Shown: positions 27,157 to 36,270 of the stretch, in pieces
How the letters are laid out: each line of letters opens with the position of its first letter
How positions within the stretch are numbered: position 1 is the stretch's first letter
Assembly (NCBI GenBank): GCA_963827135.1
Contig: CAWGZX010000003.1
Span: 1,784 to 65,783 of the forward strand
Source of the DNA: Methanomassiliicoccaceae archaeon
GTDB lineage: Archaea > Thermoplasmatota > Thermoplasmata > Methanomassiliicoccales > UBA472
DNA length: 64,000 bases
Reading direction: 5' to 3'
Position numbers and translations under genes: made by a program
Notes under the pieces: generated by a model
What the model saw: the letters and a program-made list of their open reading frames with translations, nothing else
Database searches by the model: none
What the model was told of the DNA's origin: nothing

Positions 27157-28092
27157 ATGGTAATAGCCTCCGCCCCGGGCAAGGTCATCCTACTAGGGGA
27201 ACATGCCGTGGTCTTCGGGCAGCCAGCCATCGCTGTGGCAGTGGACTTGAGGTTGAGGTGCCATCTGCATCGCCACGACACCAATACCATGAACGGCGCC
27301 CCTTTGTCGGAGAAGATGCACCCCTACGTCCACGGCGCCATCCAGAGGCATTGGGGAGGAGAGCCGTTGGCCGTGGTGACCCATTCCGATATACCATCTG
27401 GTTCGGGGATGGGGTCGTCCGCGGCAGTTACTTCCTCGCTCCTGGCCGCCCTCACCGCCTTGAAGGGCGAGAGGATTAACGAAGAGGAACTGGCCAGGCA
27501 AGCCTTCGACATCGAATCCGTAGTGCAGGGGAGGGCAAGCCCCACCGACACCTCCGTGAGCTGTCACGGTAAAGGCGTCTTCGTGGACTCCAGGGCGGGA
27601 GAGAACCTCCTCTGGCACATAGAGAGGGATGTCAGGGAGTGGTACATCCACGATTGCGCCGCCCCGAAGATGGCCTTGGTCGTCGGATACACGGGCATCC
27701 ACGCGGCCACAGGACCTTTGGTGGCCAAGGTCAAGCGCTATGCCGACCGCACCGTTTTTGCCCGGGATGTGATCGATGAGATCGGCGGCATCGTGAGGGA
27801 GGGCATGATCTGCCTCAAAGCCAACGACCAGGTCGGCCTGGGCCGGCTCATGACCAGAGACCATAAGCTCCTGGCGATATTGGGCGTCTCGCATCCTGCC
27901 TTGGATAAGCTGGTGCGCGCCACCCTCCCTTATTCCTATGGGGCCAAGCTGACGGGCGCGGGTGGAGGGGGGAGCATGATCGCCCTCACCGATCGACCGG
28001 ATGAGGTGGCAGAGGCGATCCGGCTCAAGGGGGGAATGCCCATCAAGGTGAACACTGGGGAAGAGGGAGTCCGCCTGGAGAGCATGAAATAG
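27157..28092 (+). CDS. mvk: Mevalonate kinase
   Basis: APGKVILLGEHAVV N-terminus, and the GHMP ATP loop PSGSGMGSSAAV. 311 aa. Confidence 0.9.
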   Translation: MVIASAPGKVILLGEHAVVFGQPAIAVAVDLRLRCHLHRHDTNTMNGAPLSEKMHPYVHGAIQRHWGGEPLAVVTHSDIPSGSGMGSSAAVTSSLLAALTALKGERINEEELARQAFDIESVVQGRASPTDTSVSCHGKGVFVDSRAGENLLWHIERDVREWYIHDCAAPKMALVVGYTGIHAATGPLVAKVKRYADRTVFARDVIDEIGGIVREGMICLKANDQVGLGRLMTRDHKLLAILGVSHPALDKLVRATLPYSYGAKLTGAGGGGSMIALTDRPDEVAEAIRLKGGMPIKVNTGEEGVRLESMK

Positions 28093-28134
28093 GAATTTAA
28101 AATAAATAAAAAAATATTTTTAGGAGCCGAGGGC
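28093..28134. terminator. AT-rich convergent intergenic spacer with oligo-T/A runs on both strands
   Basis: GGAATTTAAAATAAATAAAAAAATATTTTTAGG lies between convergent mvk and the geranylgeranyl reductase gene. Archaeal termination uses oligo-T tracts. Confidence 0.35.
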
Positions 28135-29322
28135 TCAGATGAACTCCTCGAACTCCTTGACCAGGTCGGGCATCTTCTGCTTCAGCGCCGCCAAGATGTT
28201 ATAGACATTCATCTCGCGGATGTCGCATCCGGCCAGGATCTCGATTACCCCGTCCAACTGGGCGTCGGTCAGGGTGGTCATCTTCTCCTTGGCCATCCAA
28301 TTGCGGTACAGCTTGTTCTCCAGCTCGTCGCGCCATAGCTTCTCGTACGGCTTCAGTGCCGCCTCGGAGAAGTCCTTGGCCTGGACGCAGTCGCCGAGCA
28401 CCTCGCCCGCGATCTTGCCTTGGATGCAACCATTGGCTATCCCGCCCCCGGTGATGGGGTCGATGACCCGGGCCGCATCCCCGACCAGCAGAATGCCGTC
28501 AGCGATGCTCTTCTCTACAGGTGGCGAGACCGAGACCGCGGCTCCCACAGCCTCCAATGGCTGGGCGCAGGAGAGCCTCGGGTCCTTCTTGATCCACCTG
28601 TCGATGTACATCTTGACGTCGCCAGGCTTCTTCAGCATGGAAGCCAGCACGCCCATGCCCACGTTGGCGGTGTCTCCCCCTTTAGGAAAGATCCAGGCAT
28701 AGCCGCCCGGTGCGACCGTACCAAGGACGAACTCGCAGTAATCAGGTTCGGTCTTGAGCCCCGTCAACCGGTACTGGAAGCAGGATGTGATGTCGCTCAT
28801 CTTCAACACGGTGTCCAAGCCGGCCCATCTCCCCACCTGGGATTCGAAGCCATCTGCCGCAACCACGCATCCAGCCGTGAGCTTGAAAGGCACTCCGAAG
28901 CTGTGCCCGGTGATGCCTATGACCTTGCCGCCCTCCTTGAGGACCCCGGTGGCTGAGGTCTTGAGCCTGATCTCCGTACCGGATTTCGCAGCCCTCTCGG
29001 CCAGATACTTATCGAAGCGGTGGCGCTCCAGGACCAGGCCGACCTCGTCTCCGGCCTGGGACTCGTCGATGCGGAATATCGAACCGTTGGGGGATACGAG
29101 CTTCGCCCCTTTCATCTCGGCCGAGACCCATCTCTTGTCCACGGGTATCTTCGCTTTGTCAAGCCCTTTCTTGGAGATGCCCTCGGCGCACCTCAACGGC
29201 GAGCCTATCTCCTGGCGCTTCTCGATCATGAGGACCCTGGCGCCCTTCTTGGACGCATGGTGGGCGGTCATGCTGCCAGCAGGTCCTGCGCCGACCACTA
29301 TGATGTCGTAATCGGTCCTCAT
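28135..29322 (-). CDS. Geranylgeranyl reductase family (digeranylgeranylglycerophospholipid reductase)
   Basis: YDIIVVGAGPAGS FAD fold, LRCAEGIS, GDAARVIDPITGGG. Start trimmed to MRTDYD (ATG 29322), giving an ATGA overlap with the ferredoxin stop. Confidence 0.85.
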   Translation of the reverse strand: MRTDYDIIVVGAGPAGSMTAHHASKKGARVLMIEKRQEIGSPLRCAEGISKKGLDKAKIPVDKRWVSAEMKGAKLVSPNGSIFRIDESQAGDEVGLVLERHRFDKYLAERAAKSGTEIRLKTSATGVLKEGGKVIGITGHSFGVPFKLTAGCVVAADGFESQVGRWAGLDTVLKMSDITSCFQYRLTGLKTEPDYCEFVLGTVAPGGYAWIFPKGGDTANVGMGVLASMLKKPGDVKMYIDRWIKKDPRLSCAQPLEAVGAAVSVSPPVEKSIADGILLVGDAARVIDPITGGGIANGCIQGKIAGEVLGDCVQAKDFSEAALKPYEKLWRDELENKLYRNWMAKEKMTTLTDAQLDGVIEILAGCDIREMNVYNILAALKQKMPDLVKEFEEFI

Positions 29323-29537
29323 TTCTTTTTCGCCTCCATGGTTATCGCCCCGACAGGGCAGAGCTTCACGCAGCGGCCGCATCGGACGCAGGATTCGTTG
29401 AACACCGGCATGACCTCACGCAGGTAGATGGCGTTCTCCGGACAGGTGCCCGCGCACGCGCCGCAGTGCATGCATCTCTCGACCTCGACATGCATCCAGT
29501 CATTCAAGTATACTCCTCCCCGTGCTTCTTCCTCCAT
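29319..29537 (-). CDS. 2x[4Fe-4S] ferredoxin
   Basis: CMHCGACAGTCP and CVRCGRCVKLCP motifs. Alternative start MHVEV at 29495 would remove the 34-nt overlap with the upstream gene. Confidence 0.8.
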   Translation of the reverse strand: MEEEARGGVYLNDWMHVEVERCMHCGACAGTCPENAIYLREVMPVFNESCVRCGRCVKLCPVGAITMEAKKK

Positions 29538-31069
29538 TCGGCTATGGGGATCGAGAACTTCTTCTCGATCTCGGTCCTATAGGTCGGGCCGCCGTTGTAG
29601 GCGCAGAACGGGATGATCCTGCCGTCCGGGGTGGTGTAGTGGATGGCGCAGCGCTTGACCCTCTCCACGTCGTAATTGTAGTTGTCCTGGAAGTGCATGC
29701 CCCCGATGAACATCATGTTCCAGGAGAACTTGGCTATTCCCTCCTTAGAGGAATCGCTGAACACGGCCCCCATCATCTGCAGGAACTTGGTGGTCGATAG
29801 GCCATCAGGGACCTTCTCCTTGATTATGTGCTTCCTCAGGATGTTGAGCGCCTTCACTTTGGAGGGCAGCTTCACATCGGACTTGTCCGCCTTGACGCTG
29901 AGCTCGTACAGTTCCTTGAAGAGGGGCTCGATCTCCACGAACCGCGTCAGGGGCACCACATTGTTCTCGTCCTTGACGAATAGGTAGGTGGCCAGGCCGC
30001 AATGGGGGTGCGTGGTGAAGGAGACCTTGCTCTGCTCCAACAGGGCCGAGGCGAGAGTGGATATCGGCACCACGGTAGGCACGGGGTAGAAGTCGGTCAC
30101 TTTGACCTGCCCGTTGGACTGCTTCTCCAGATCCTTCACCAGGTCTGGCAAGGTGTAGCGATGCTTGCTCCTCTCCTCCTGGTCGATCCTGCCGGTGAAG
30201 GCTACCGGTTGGAAGTTGATCCCACGCACAACATCGATGTTCTTGACTGCGAACTTGTAGATCTCCCCCACCTGGTCGTTGTTCATGTTCTTGACCACGG
30301 TCGGAACCAGGACGATGGATGGAGGTTTCTCCAAATTGCGCACGTTCTCGATGACCTTCAGCTTCGTCTCCAGCAGAGGGGTTCCACGAGATTCCATGTA
30401 AATGTCATCGCGCAACCCGTCGAACTGCAGGTAGATGGTGTTCATACCTGCCCGGGTGGCCGCCTCCAGGAACTTCGGGTCCTTGGCGAACTTGATCCCG
30501 TTGGTGGCGACCTGGATCTGAGCGAAGCCCATCTCCTTGGCCTTGGCTAAGACCTCGATGAACTTGGGGTAGATGGTGGGCTCGCCGCCGGAGAACTGGA
30601 CCGCCGGAGTGGGCACAGGCTTCTGGTCCCTCAGCATCTGGAGCATCTTCACGATCTGCTCGAAGCTGGGCTCGTAGACATAGCCAGCCTGATTGGCGTT
30701 GGCGAAGCAGATCGGGCATTTCAGATTGCAGCGATTGGTCAGGTCCACGTTGGCCAGGCAAGTGTGTGTTAGGTGAAGCTGGCATAGCCCGCACTCGTTG
30801 GGGCAGACCTTGGCATTGGGGATAAATGGGTTCTCGACCCCGGTGCCGTCATAGGCGAAATTCTCCGCTCTAAGGTAAAGGTCCTTGTCCGACCAGTAGA
30901 TGTCCACGATATTGCCGTGGTCCGGGCAATCCTTCTCCATCATCACTTTGCCGTCTTGTTCGAAGATCCTGGCAGGGACGACTCTCTTGCACTCTGGGCA
31001 TAAGGACTCAGTGCTCTTTGGGAGCCCTCTCTTAAGAGCGCTCGGCTTTGCTATCATTGGTGATTGCAC
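29504..31069 (-). CDS. tes: Radical SAM protein, tetraether lipid synthase (Tes / GDGT-MAS)-like
   Basis: 521 aa. N-terminal rubredoxin-like CPEC...CPDHG and radical-SAM CNLKCPICFA. It sits directly upstream of ferredoxin and geranylgeranyl reductase, the same trio I recall around Methanosarcina acetivorans Tes. Confidence 0.65.
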   Translation of the reverse strand: MQSPMIAKPSALKRGLPKSTESLCPECKRVVPARIFEQDGKVMMEKDCPDHGNIVDIYWSDKDLYLRAENFAYDGTGVENPFIPNAKVCPNECGLCQLHLTHTCLANVDLTNRCNLKCPICFANANQAGYVYEPSFEQIVKMLQMLRDQKPVPTPAVQFSGGEPTIYPKFIEVLAKAKEMGFAQIQVATNGIKFAKDPKFLEAATRAGMNTIYLQFDGLRDDIYMESRGTPLLETKLKVIENVRNLEKPPSIVLVPTVVKNMNNDQVGEIYKFAVKNIDVVRGINFQPVAFTGRIDQEERSKHRYTLPDLVKDLEKQSNGQVKVTDFYPVPTVVPISTLASALLEQSKVSFTTHPHCGLATYLFVKDENNVVPLTRFVEIEPLFKELYELSVKADKSDVKLPSKVKALNILRKHIIKEKVPDGLSTTKFLQMMGAVFSDSSKEGIAKFSWNMMFIGGMHFQDNYNYDVERVKRCAIHYTTPDGRIIPFCAYNGGPTYRTEIEKKFSIPIAEWRKKHGEEYT

Positions 31070-31106
31070 CTAGGGATGTAAAAAATGCGGGTAAATTTAA
31101 TACTTA

Positions 31107-31125
31107 TGTAGCTACATCAGCTACA
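31107..31125. promoter_or_regulatory. Perfect 7-5-7 inverted repeat, candidate operator in the divergent tes / trmB-like promoter region
   Basis: TGTAGCT-ACATC-AGCTACA lies between a TAAATTTAATA TATA-like element (31092-31102) and the ATG at 31135. Confidence 0.4.
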
Positions 31126-31134
31126 ATCGAATCT

Positions 31135-31884
31135 ATGAATCTAATTGACGTCTTGAAACTGGACCTAGGATCGCTCGAAGACGACTATCGGAAGATTGCG
31201 TCGGTTCTTGAAAAGATAGGCCTCTCCGATTACGAATCTAGGGCCCTCGTCGCCCTGATAATCAAGAACCAAGCCTCCGCCGACGAGGTCGCTGAGCTTT
31301 CCAGGATGCCGCGGACATCTGCATACAAGGCCCTGCAGACGCTCAAGGACAAGGAGTTCATCACCTCCGTGGAAGGTCGCCCCACCATATTCTATCCCGT
31401 TCCGCTTGAGGACGTCAGAGCCAGGGTAATGGGGGAGCTGGAGGAGGTCTTCGACAAGCTGGAGGCAATAAAGGGCCTCCTGAGCGAGAGGGGCACGCCG
31501 CAATTAGTGTACACGATCTCCAGCAAGAGAGGCGTGCTGAGCAAGATCGGCGAGATGCTTGATGCAACCAAGAAGAGCTTCGTCATCTCCACACCGGCAA
31601 TCCAAGAGGTCAGGTTGGAGCATATGCAGCGTTTCAAGGAGGCGATGGCGAGGGGCGTTGAGGTCACGATCATTACTGAACCGATGCTTAAGATCCCCCC
31701 CTGCACCCGTTCCTACCGGAAGAAGGATTTGCTAGCCACCGACGTCATCAGCGATGGCCAGAGCGCTATGATAGCCTCTCCAGACCTTTCGTTGTGCGGG
31801 TTCTCGGACAACCCCTTCATCTCCGCGCATTTGGATAATTTCATGCGCATGGTGATCGAGCGTCTGGACGCCACAACGGATTGA
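31135..31884 (+). CDS. TrmB-family transcriptional regulator
   Basis: The N-terminal winged helix EKIGLSDYESRALVALI...ADEVAELSRMPRTSAYKALQTLKDKEFI matches the TrmB HTH pattern. Start trimmed from TTG 31048 to ATG 31135. Confidence 0.75.
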   Translation: MNLIDVLKLDLGSLEDDYRKIASVLEKIGLSDYESRALVALIIKNQASADEVAELSRMPRTSAYKALQTLKDKEFITSVEGRPTIFYPVPLEDVRARVMGELEEVFDKLEAIKGLLSERGTPQLVYTISSKRGVLSKIGEMLDATKKSFVISTPAIQEVRLEHMQRFKEAMARGVEVTIITEPMLKIPPCTRSYRKKDLLATDVISDGQSAMIASPDLSLCGFSDNPFISAHLDNFMRMVIERLDATTD

Positions 31885-34800
31885 TACTGCGTGGTAGGCT
31901 ACGATTAGTGGGGTCTGAGATAAGTCGCCAGGCCATGGGCAGATGCATGCCCCGAGCCAACGCATCCCTCTCCTCCGTCCTGAAGAGAAGAAATCGCCTT
32001 CAAGGCGATTCCTATGCGCAGGTCTCCTTCTCGGTCGTGGCCGTTCTCCTGCTCACGTTGGCTGGGGCTAGTGCCTTCCTCGCTAGCCAGGCCGATCGAG
32101 AAGCGGATGATGCCATGGCAAGGAGGACCAGTCTAGAGGAACTGTTCCGCTACTCATCCATGGTCGCTCCAGAGGTGGAGGAGCTCGCGTATCGCTCCGG
32201 GCTGAAGGCGTGCGAAGAGCTTCGTTCCTTGAACGAAACGCACCTCGAAGCCAGGTTCCAGGAATTAATGCTTGGAGAGCTGGAAAAAGCCTTTCCTCGT
32301 GAGAAAGGGGGAATGAGGGCCGAGCTCCTGCATAACTCGCTGCATCTTGATTTCCTGCGGCTTTCTCAGGGCGAGCAGATAGTCTCCGCCAGGAATGACG
32401 GCGCGGTCCTCTGGCGGTTGGAGAGCTCCCCCGCATACTTCACAATCACCGGCAACTTCTCCATTTCAATAATGAAGGGGGAAAGTAAGCTTACAGTCGA
32501 CAAAGAGGTGACTAGGCACATATACTTCCCGTCCCCGCTTCTGCTGGATAGGCTCGAGTCCTTCGAAAGGAGCGTCACAGGGGGCAAGAACCGTCTTGAG
32601 AATCTGGTTCGCTACGAGCTCTCTTCTTTGGCGCAATGGCGCGCGCTATGCGGATGGGGCGCGAGCATGGCGTCGGGCGAAAAAACCACCTCCTTCCTTC
32701 TGACCGAGGACGATGCACGGAAGGCTCTGGAACTTGCGCTGATAACCGTCGAGATGGAATGCTTCGGGTCCTTCGACCAAGCCTCTGCGGACGAGGTCCT
32801 GGAGGGATTTCCCTGCCCCATGGACGCTGCCGAGCTCTCCTCCATTCTACAACGAGGGGAGAGGTATGACCCTGCAGACGTTTTTCTCGCGCTCAACGGG
32901 GCCATCGAGCTCGATGTCAGGAAGGTCCTGGCCCAAGCGCTCTACGCTTCGATCGACGTCATCGCCCTGAGGTGGCTGGATTACCTGCGGGTCATCGACC
33001 TATCGGAGCTCATGAAAGGATTGGCCATAGGCGCGTCGGTCGCCATGAACGACGCTCTTGCCACCGTCACGGGCGTGGACAATCTGCAAAGGGCATCGAT
33101 GGATTGGATCAACGGCCGCCTGGAGGAGTCCGAATATTCCGAGGAAGAATATCGCTGGGTCAACTACGCTTCAATGGATGCCATGGTGCTCTTACCGCAT
33201 CGAACCTACGTCTTCCGCAATTATGAGGGGAAGGAGATGACCGCCGACCTGGGAGGCTACCAAGGTCTGGATTTCCCGTCCCTGGATGTGCTATACCAGG
33301 ATTGCTGGAAGGATTTCATGGTCGAGTTTAGGGATGGCTCCTTCAGCACCGGGAACGTCATCCAAGAGTTCGTCGGGACCATCGCCGAGGCCATTGCCGA
33401 AGACTGGAAGGTCCAATCAAGCAGGATCGTCCTCGATCCGTTCGATGACCGCTCCATGATGGAAGAGGTGGAGCAGGCCGTACTGTCGTCTCTCATCTCG
33501 GCCGACGATTGGTTCCCTGATTGCCAAGCGCGAGCCTGGGAAGGATTACCTCAGAATGACCCTCTGGGCCAATCTCTCGTGGATTTCATCGATGCCGAAT
33601 GGCAGGAGGCTTTCCATATGGCAGAGGCTGTTGACGCGGCCGTCGATTCCCTCTCCGAGCGTCTGGTAAGGGAAGCCCTAACGACGAATGGCATCTTCGA
33701 AGAGGGATTGGCCCAAGGCTATGCTGAGATCGTCTCCCACGATATCAAGAATGATCCATCATGGGGTGCTGAGGACAAAGTGCAGGAAGCGTTCACCAGC
33801 AACTTGAGGGGGAGTCTGATCATCCTCACAGAGGTTTTCGGCAACATCACTCTCCCTCAGTCGAAGGTCCAGCTTCGCGATGCCTTGGTCGCTTTCTCAC
33901 AAGGGGCGATAGATGGCGTACCAGGCGTTAGTTGGGCAATTTCGGACGCGTGCTCCAAGATGCTGGAGGACGCCTCGCTCGCCTCCGGGCTGAGGGCGGA
34001 TCGCTATTGGGCCACCCCAGCTCCCGACATAATCGACCTTCAGCTTGCCGGAGGCAGGCATGCCATGGAGAAGCTTCAACCCGAGCTCCGATTGCCGTGG
34101 ACTCAGGACCCTGGCTCTCTTCAGATCGAGATCATCTCACCCCTCGAAGATTATGGCTCCGAGGGCCAAGCCAATACCCATCTGACCGAGCCTGGAAACG
34201 CCTCCTTCGCAGCCTACCAATCATCGTTCAAGGTCCTCCTCACAGGCACGGTGGGCGTTACTCTCGCCTGCTCAGGGGACCTCTCCAAGCTGATCGCTGT
34301 GGCCTCGAAGACAAGCGCCTCCTCCGAGATGCCGATCGCGCTAGGCACTTCCTTCACCTGCTCGTCAGCATGGCCGCTGCAAGGCGTCGACTACACCCCC
34401 ACCTTTACCTTGGATGGTGAGCTGGGAAGGACCTTCATGAGGCTGTGGAACGGGCTCACGGTCGCGCTCGGATGGCTGACCGGCACCGCCAGTGCCGTCT
34501 TCAATCTATTGCAGGAGCTAGTAACAGACCTTGTCTCCTATGCCGCCCAGACCGTTCAAGCGATATCCGATATCCTCGTTGCCATCGTCCAGGAGGTGCG
34601 GGACCTCATCGATGGCGCCATCGGCTCCCTCATCGGCTGGATGGCGGATGCCCTGGTGGACTTGATCGGGTCCCGAAGCATTAAGCTGGAATTCGCAGGG
34701 ATGACGATCGTCTTCGATCTGTCGGCCACGGACATCTTCCTCGGCCGCTCCAAGGAGTACGTCCGGGTGACGGCATCGACCTGCCTGCTGGGGGCGCAGC

Positions 34801-36212
34801 TGACCATCCAGGCCAGGTTCGTGGACATATACCGCCAGGGGCCGGACGTGATCACCAACATGTCCTTGTCAGGTAAGGATTGGAGGGCAGAATGCCTCCT
34901 CGATCCACGGATGATGGTGATGGACCACTTCGTCGAGATACGCGGGCGCTTCCAGGACCTTATGCTAGAGCTCAATATGCCCGAGGTCGTGGCATATGAC
35001 AAGCGCACCCTGCGGCTTTCGGACGTGCCTGGCCTAGGGCAGGCGCTGTCGCGCATCCCTCTGCCAATACCTGGGCTCCTCGCCTCTATAGACCTCGGAC
35101 TGGAGGTCAGGTACGACAGCCCAATCTCCAACCATATGGTGATCAACGAGGTCGAGCTGAACCCTCCGGGCTCCGACCAGGGAAGGGAATGGGTCGAGCT
35201 CTACAATCCTTCGAACCAACCCATCGACCTGATCGGATGGACATTGCGGACCGCGCATGGGGACCAAACCGTCTCCCAGATCGGCGATTCAACCCTCGAG
35301 CCCAAGTCGCACCTCATCGTTATGTTCTTAGGTCAGTCACTGGACAATGGTGGCGAGGCCGGCTACCCCTTGGGGGAGTCCATCGCTCTGATCAGCTCCG
35401 AGGGGAAAAAGGTGGATTCCGTCCCATACATCAGCGACCATTACAACGATGCCCGGACCTGGCAGAGGACCTTCGACGCCGCCGATCGCTGGGGATTCCA
35501 AGATTCCACGAGGGACGGCCCGAACGCTCTCCTTGCGGTCGACTATAACGACATCGAACAGCTGGAGAGGGCTCTCGCCGATGCTGTGGCCAGGGCATTC
35601 GCTATGTTGGGAGATGTCGAGCTGGACCTCGACTCATTGGCAGAGATGTTGCAAGCAGCGATCAACGAGGTCGTGGACACGATCATCGAGGTGATATCGC
35701 GCTCAATCGTCGAGATGTCCCTCTTCATCGAGGTGGGGCTACAGGACTACTCTCAGTCGTTCACCGGCACGATACGGCTCTCGCTGCTGATCACAGGGGA
35801 GGGTGTGAGGGACGTGCTCCTCTGGGTCGCTGATACGATAAGGACCGCCATCGCCGACCTGCTCAATCCGACCGCAGTGGTGCCGAGGGCTCATTCCATC
35901 GGTGAGGTGCTGGACGACGTATACCTGCGTCTCGGGGTCTTTGGCACCGCAGGCCTGCCCAAGCTCATATCCTCGGCCATCTCAGCGCAACGCTTCAATT
36001 TCGGAGCCAACATCGAGCTCAATCTAGCCTCCCTGCTCCCAAGCACGAAAGGAGGCGGCAATGGGACGATGGGCTTCGGAGTGCTTTTCGAGGGAGTGCC
36101 CGGAGGGCTGCTGCGCTCCACCTACCCTGTGGACGCGGACCAGCTTGTCGACGTCTGGCTGATCAGAGCCAGATTGCACCAGGTCCAGGAGGGGGCTCCT
36201 ATGTCGCCATGA
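31881..36212 (+). CDS. Giant (about 1430-1443 aa) orphan protein, N-terminal TM anchor plus one lamin-tail domain
   Basis: Uninterrupted 4.3-kb ORF. Start is ambiguous: TTG 31881 overlapping the trmB-like stop, or ATG 31935/31947. Hydrophobic segment VSFSVVAVLLLTLAGASAFLA. Only the lamin-tail domain is recognisable. Confidence 0.8.
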   Translation: MILRGRLRLVGSEISRQAMGRCMPRANASLSSVLKRRNRLQGDSYAQVSFSVVAVLLLTLAGASAFLASQADREADDAMARRTSLEELFRYSSMVAPEVEELAYRSGLKACEELRSLNETHLEARFQELMLGELEKAFPREKGGMRAELLHNSLHLDFLRLSQGEQIVSARNDGAVLWRLESSPAYFTITGNFSISIMKGESKLTVDKEVTRHIYFPSPLLLDRLESFERSVTGGKNRLENLVRYELSSLAQWRALCGWGASMASGEKTTSFLLTEDDARKALELALITVEMECFGSFDQASADEVLEGFPCPMDAAELSSILQRGERYDPADVFLALNGAIELDVRKVLAQALYASIDVIALRWLDYLRVIDLSELMKGLAIGASVAMNDALATVTGVDNLQRASMDWINGRLEESEYSEEEYRWVNYASMDAMVLLPHRTYVFRNYEGKEMTADLGGYQGLDFPSLDVLYQDCWKDFMVEFRDGSFSTGNVIQEFVGTIAEAIAEDWKVQSSRIVLDPFDDRSMMEEVEQAVLSSLISADDWFPDCQARAWEGLPQNDPLGQSLVDFIDAEWQEAFHMAEAVDAAVDSLSERLVREALTTNGIFEEGLAQGYAEIVSHDIKNDPSWGAEDKVQEAFTSNLRGSLIILTEVFGNITLPQSKVQLRDALVAFSQGAIDGVPGVSWAISDACSKMLEDASLASGLRADRYWATPAPDIIDLQLAGGRHAMEKLQPELRLPWTQDPGSLQIEIISPLEDYGSEGQANTHLTEPGNASFAAYQSSFKVLLTGTVGVTLACSGDLSKLIAVASKTSASSEMPIALGTSFTCSSAWPLQGVDYTPTFTLDGELGRTFMRLWNGLTVALGWLTGTASAVFNLLQELVTDLVSYAAQTVQAISDILVAIVQEVRDLIDGAIGSLIGWMADALVDLIGSRSIKLEFAGMTIVFDLSATDIFLGRSKEYVRVTASTCLLGAQLTIQARFVDIYRQGPDVITNMSLSGKDWRAECLLDPRMMVMDHFVEIRGRFQDLMLELNMPEVVAYDKRTLRLSDVPGLGQALSRIPLPIPGLLASIDLGLEVRYDSPISNHMVINEVELNPPGSDQGREWVELYNPSNQPIDLIGWTLRTAHGDQTVSQIGDSTLEPKSHLIVMFLGQSLDNGGEAGYPLGESIALISSEGKKVDSVPYISDHYNDARTWQRTFDAADRWGFQDSTRDGPNALLAVDYNDIEQLERALADAVARAFAMLGDVELDLDSLAEMLQAAINEVVDTIIEVISRSIVEMSLFIEVGLQDYSQSFTGTIRLSLLITGEGVRDVLLWVADTIRTAIADLLNPTAVVPRAHSIGEVLDDVYLRLGVFGTAGLPKLISSAISAQRFNFGANIELNLASLLPSTKGGGNGTMGFGVLFEGVPGGLLRSTYPVDADQLVDVWLIRARLHQVQEGAPMSP
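35139..35470 (+). other. Lamin-tail domain (LTD) inside the giant ORF
   Basis: VINEVELNPPGSDQGREWVELYNPSNQPIDLIGWTL...LEPKSHLIV matches the INE-x-NP-x-G-x-EW/F-VELYN ... L-x-GW core of LTD modules. Confidence 0.7.
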
Positions 36213-36270
36213 ATTCCCTCCAAAGGTCGATGATATTGTTATTATATGCTGAGCAAATACCGCTGGTCAT

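Noticed and set aside
31048-31134. The upstream TTG 31048 start for the TrmB-like gene given by the ORF track.
   Set aside because: It would overlap the divergent tes start codon region and add 29 non-conserved residues. The HTH domain begins right after ATG 31135, and the TATA-like element and palindrome lie inside the extension.
31935-32040. A class III (type IV pilin-like) signal peptide at the N-terminus of the giant protein (RLQG-DSYAQVSFSVVAVLLLTLAG).
   Set aside because: The residue before the putative cleavage Gly is Gln rather than the usual Lys/Arg. No pilus-assembly ATPase, platform protein or prepilin peptidase is nearby. It is treated as a plain TM anchor.
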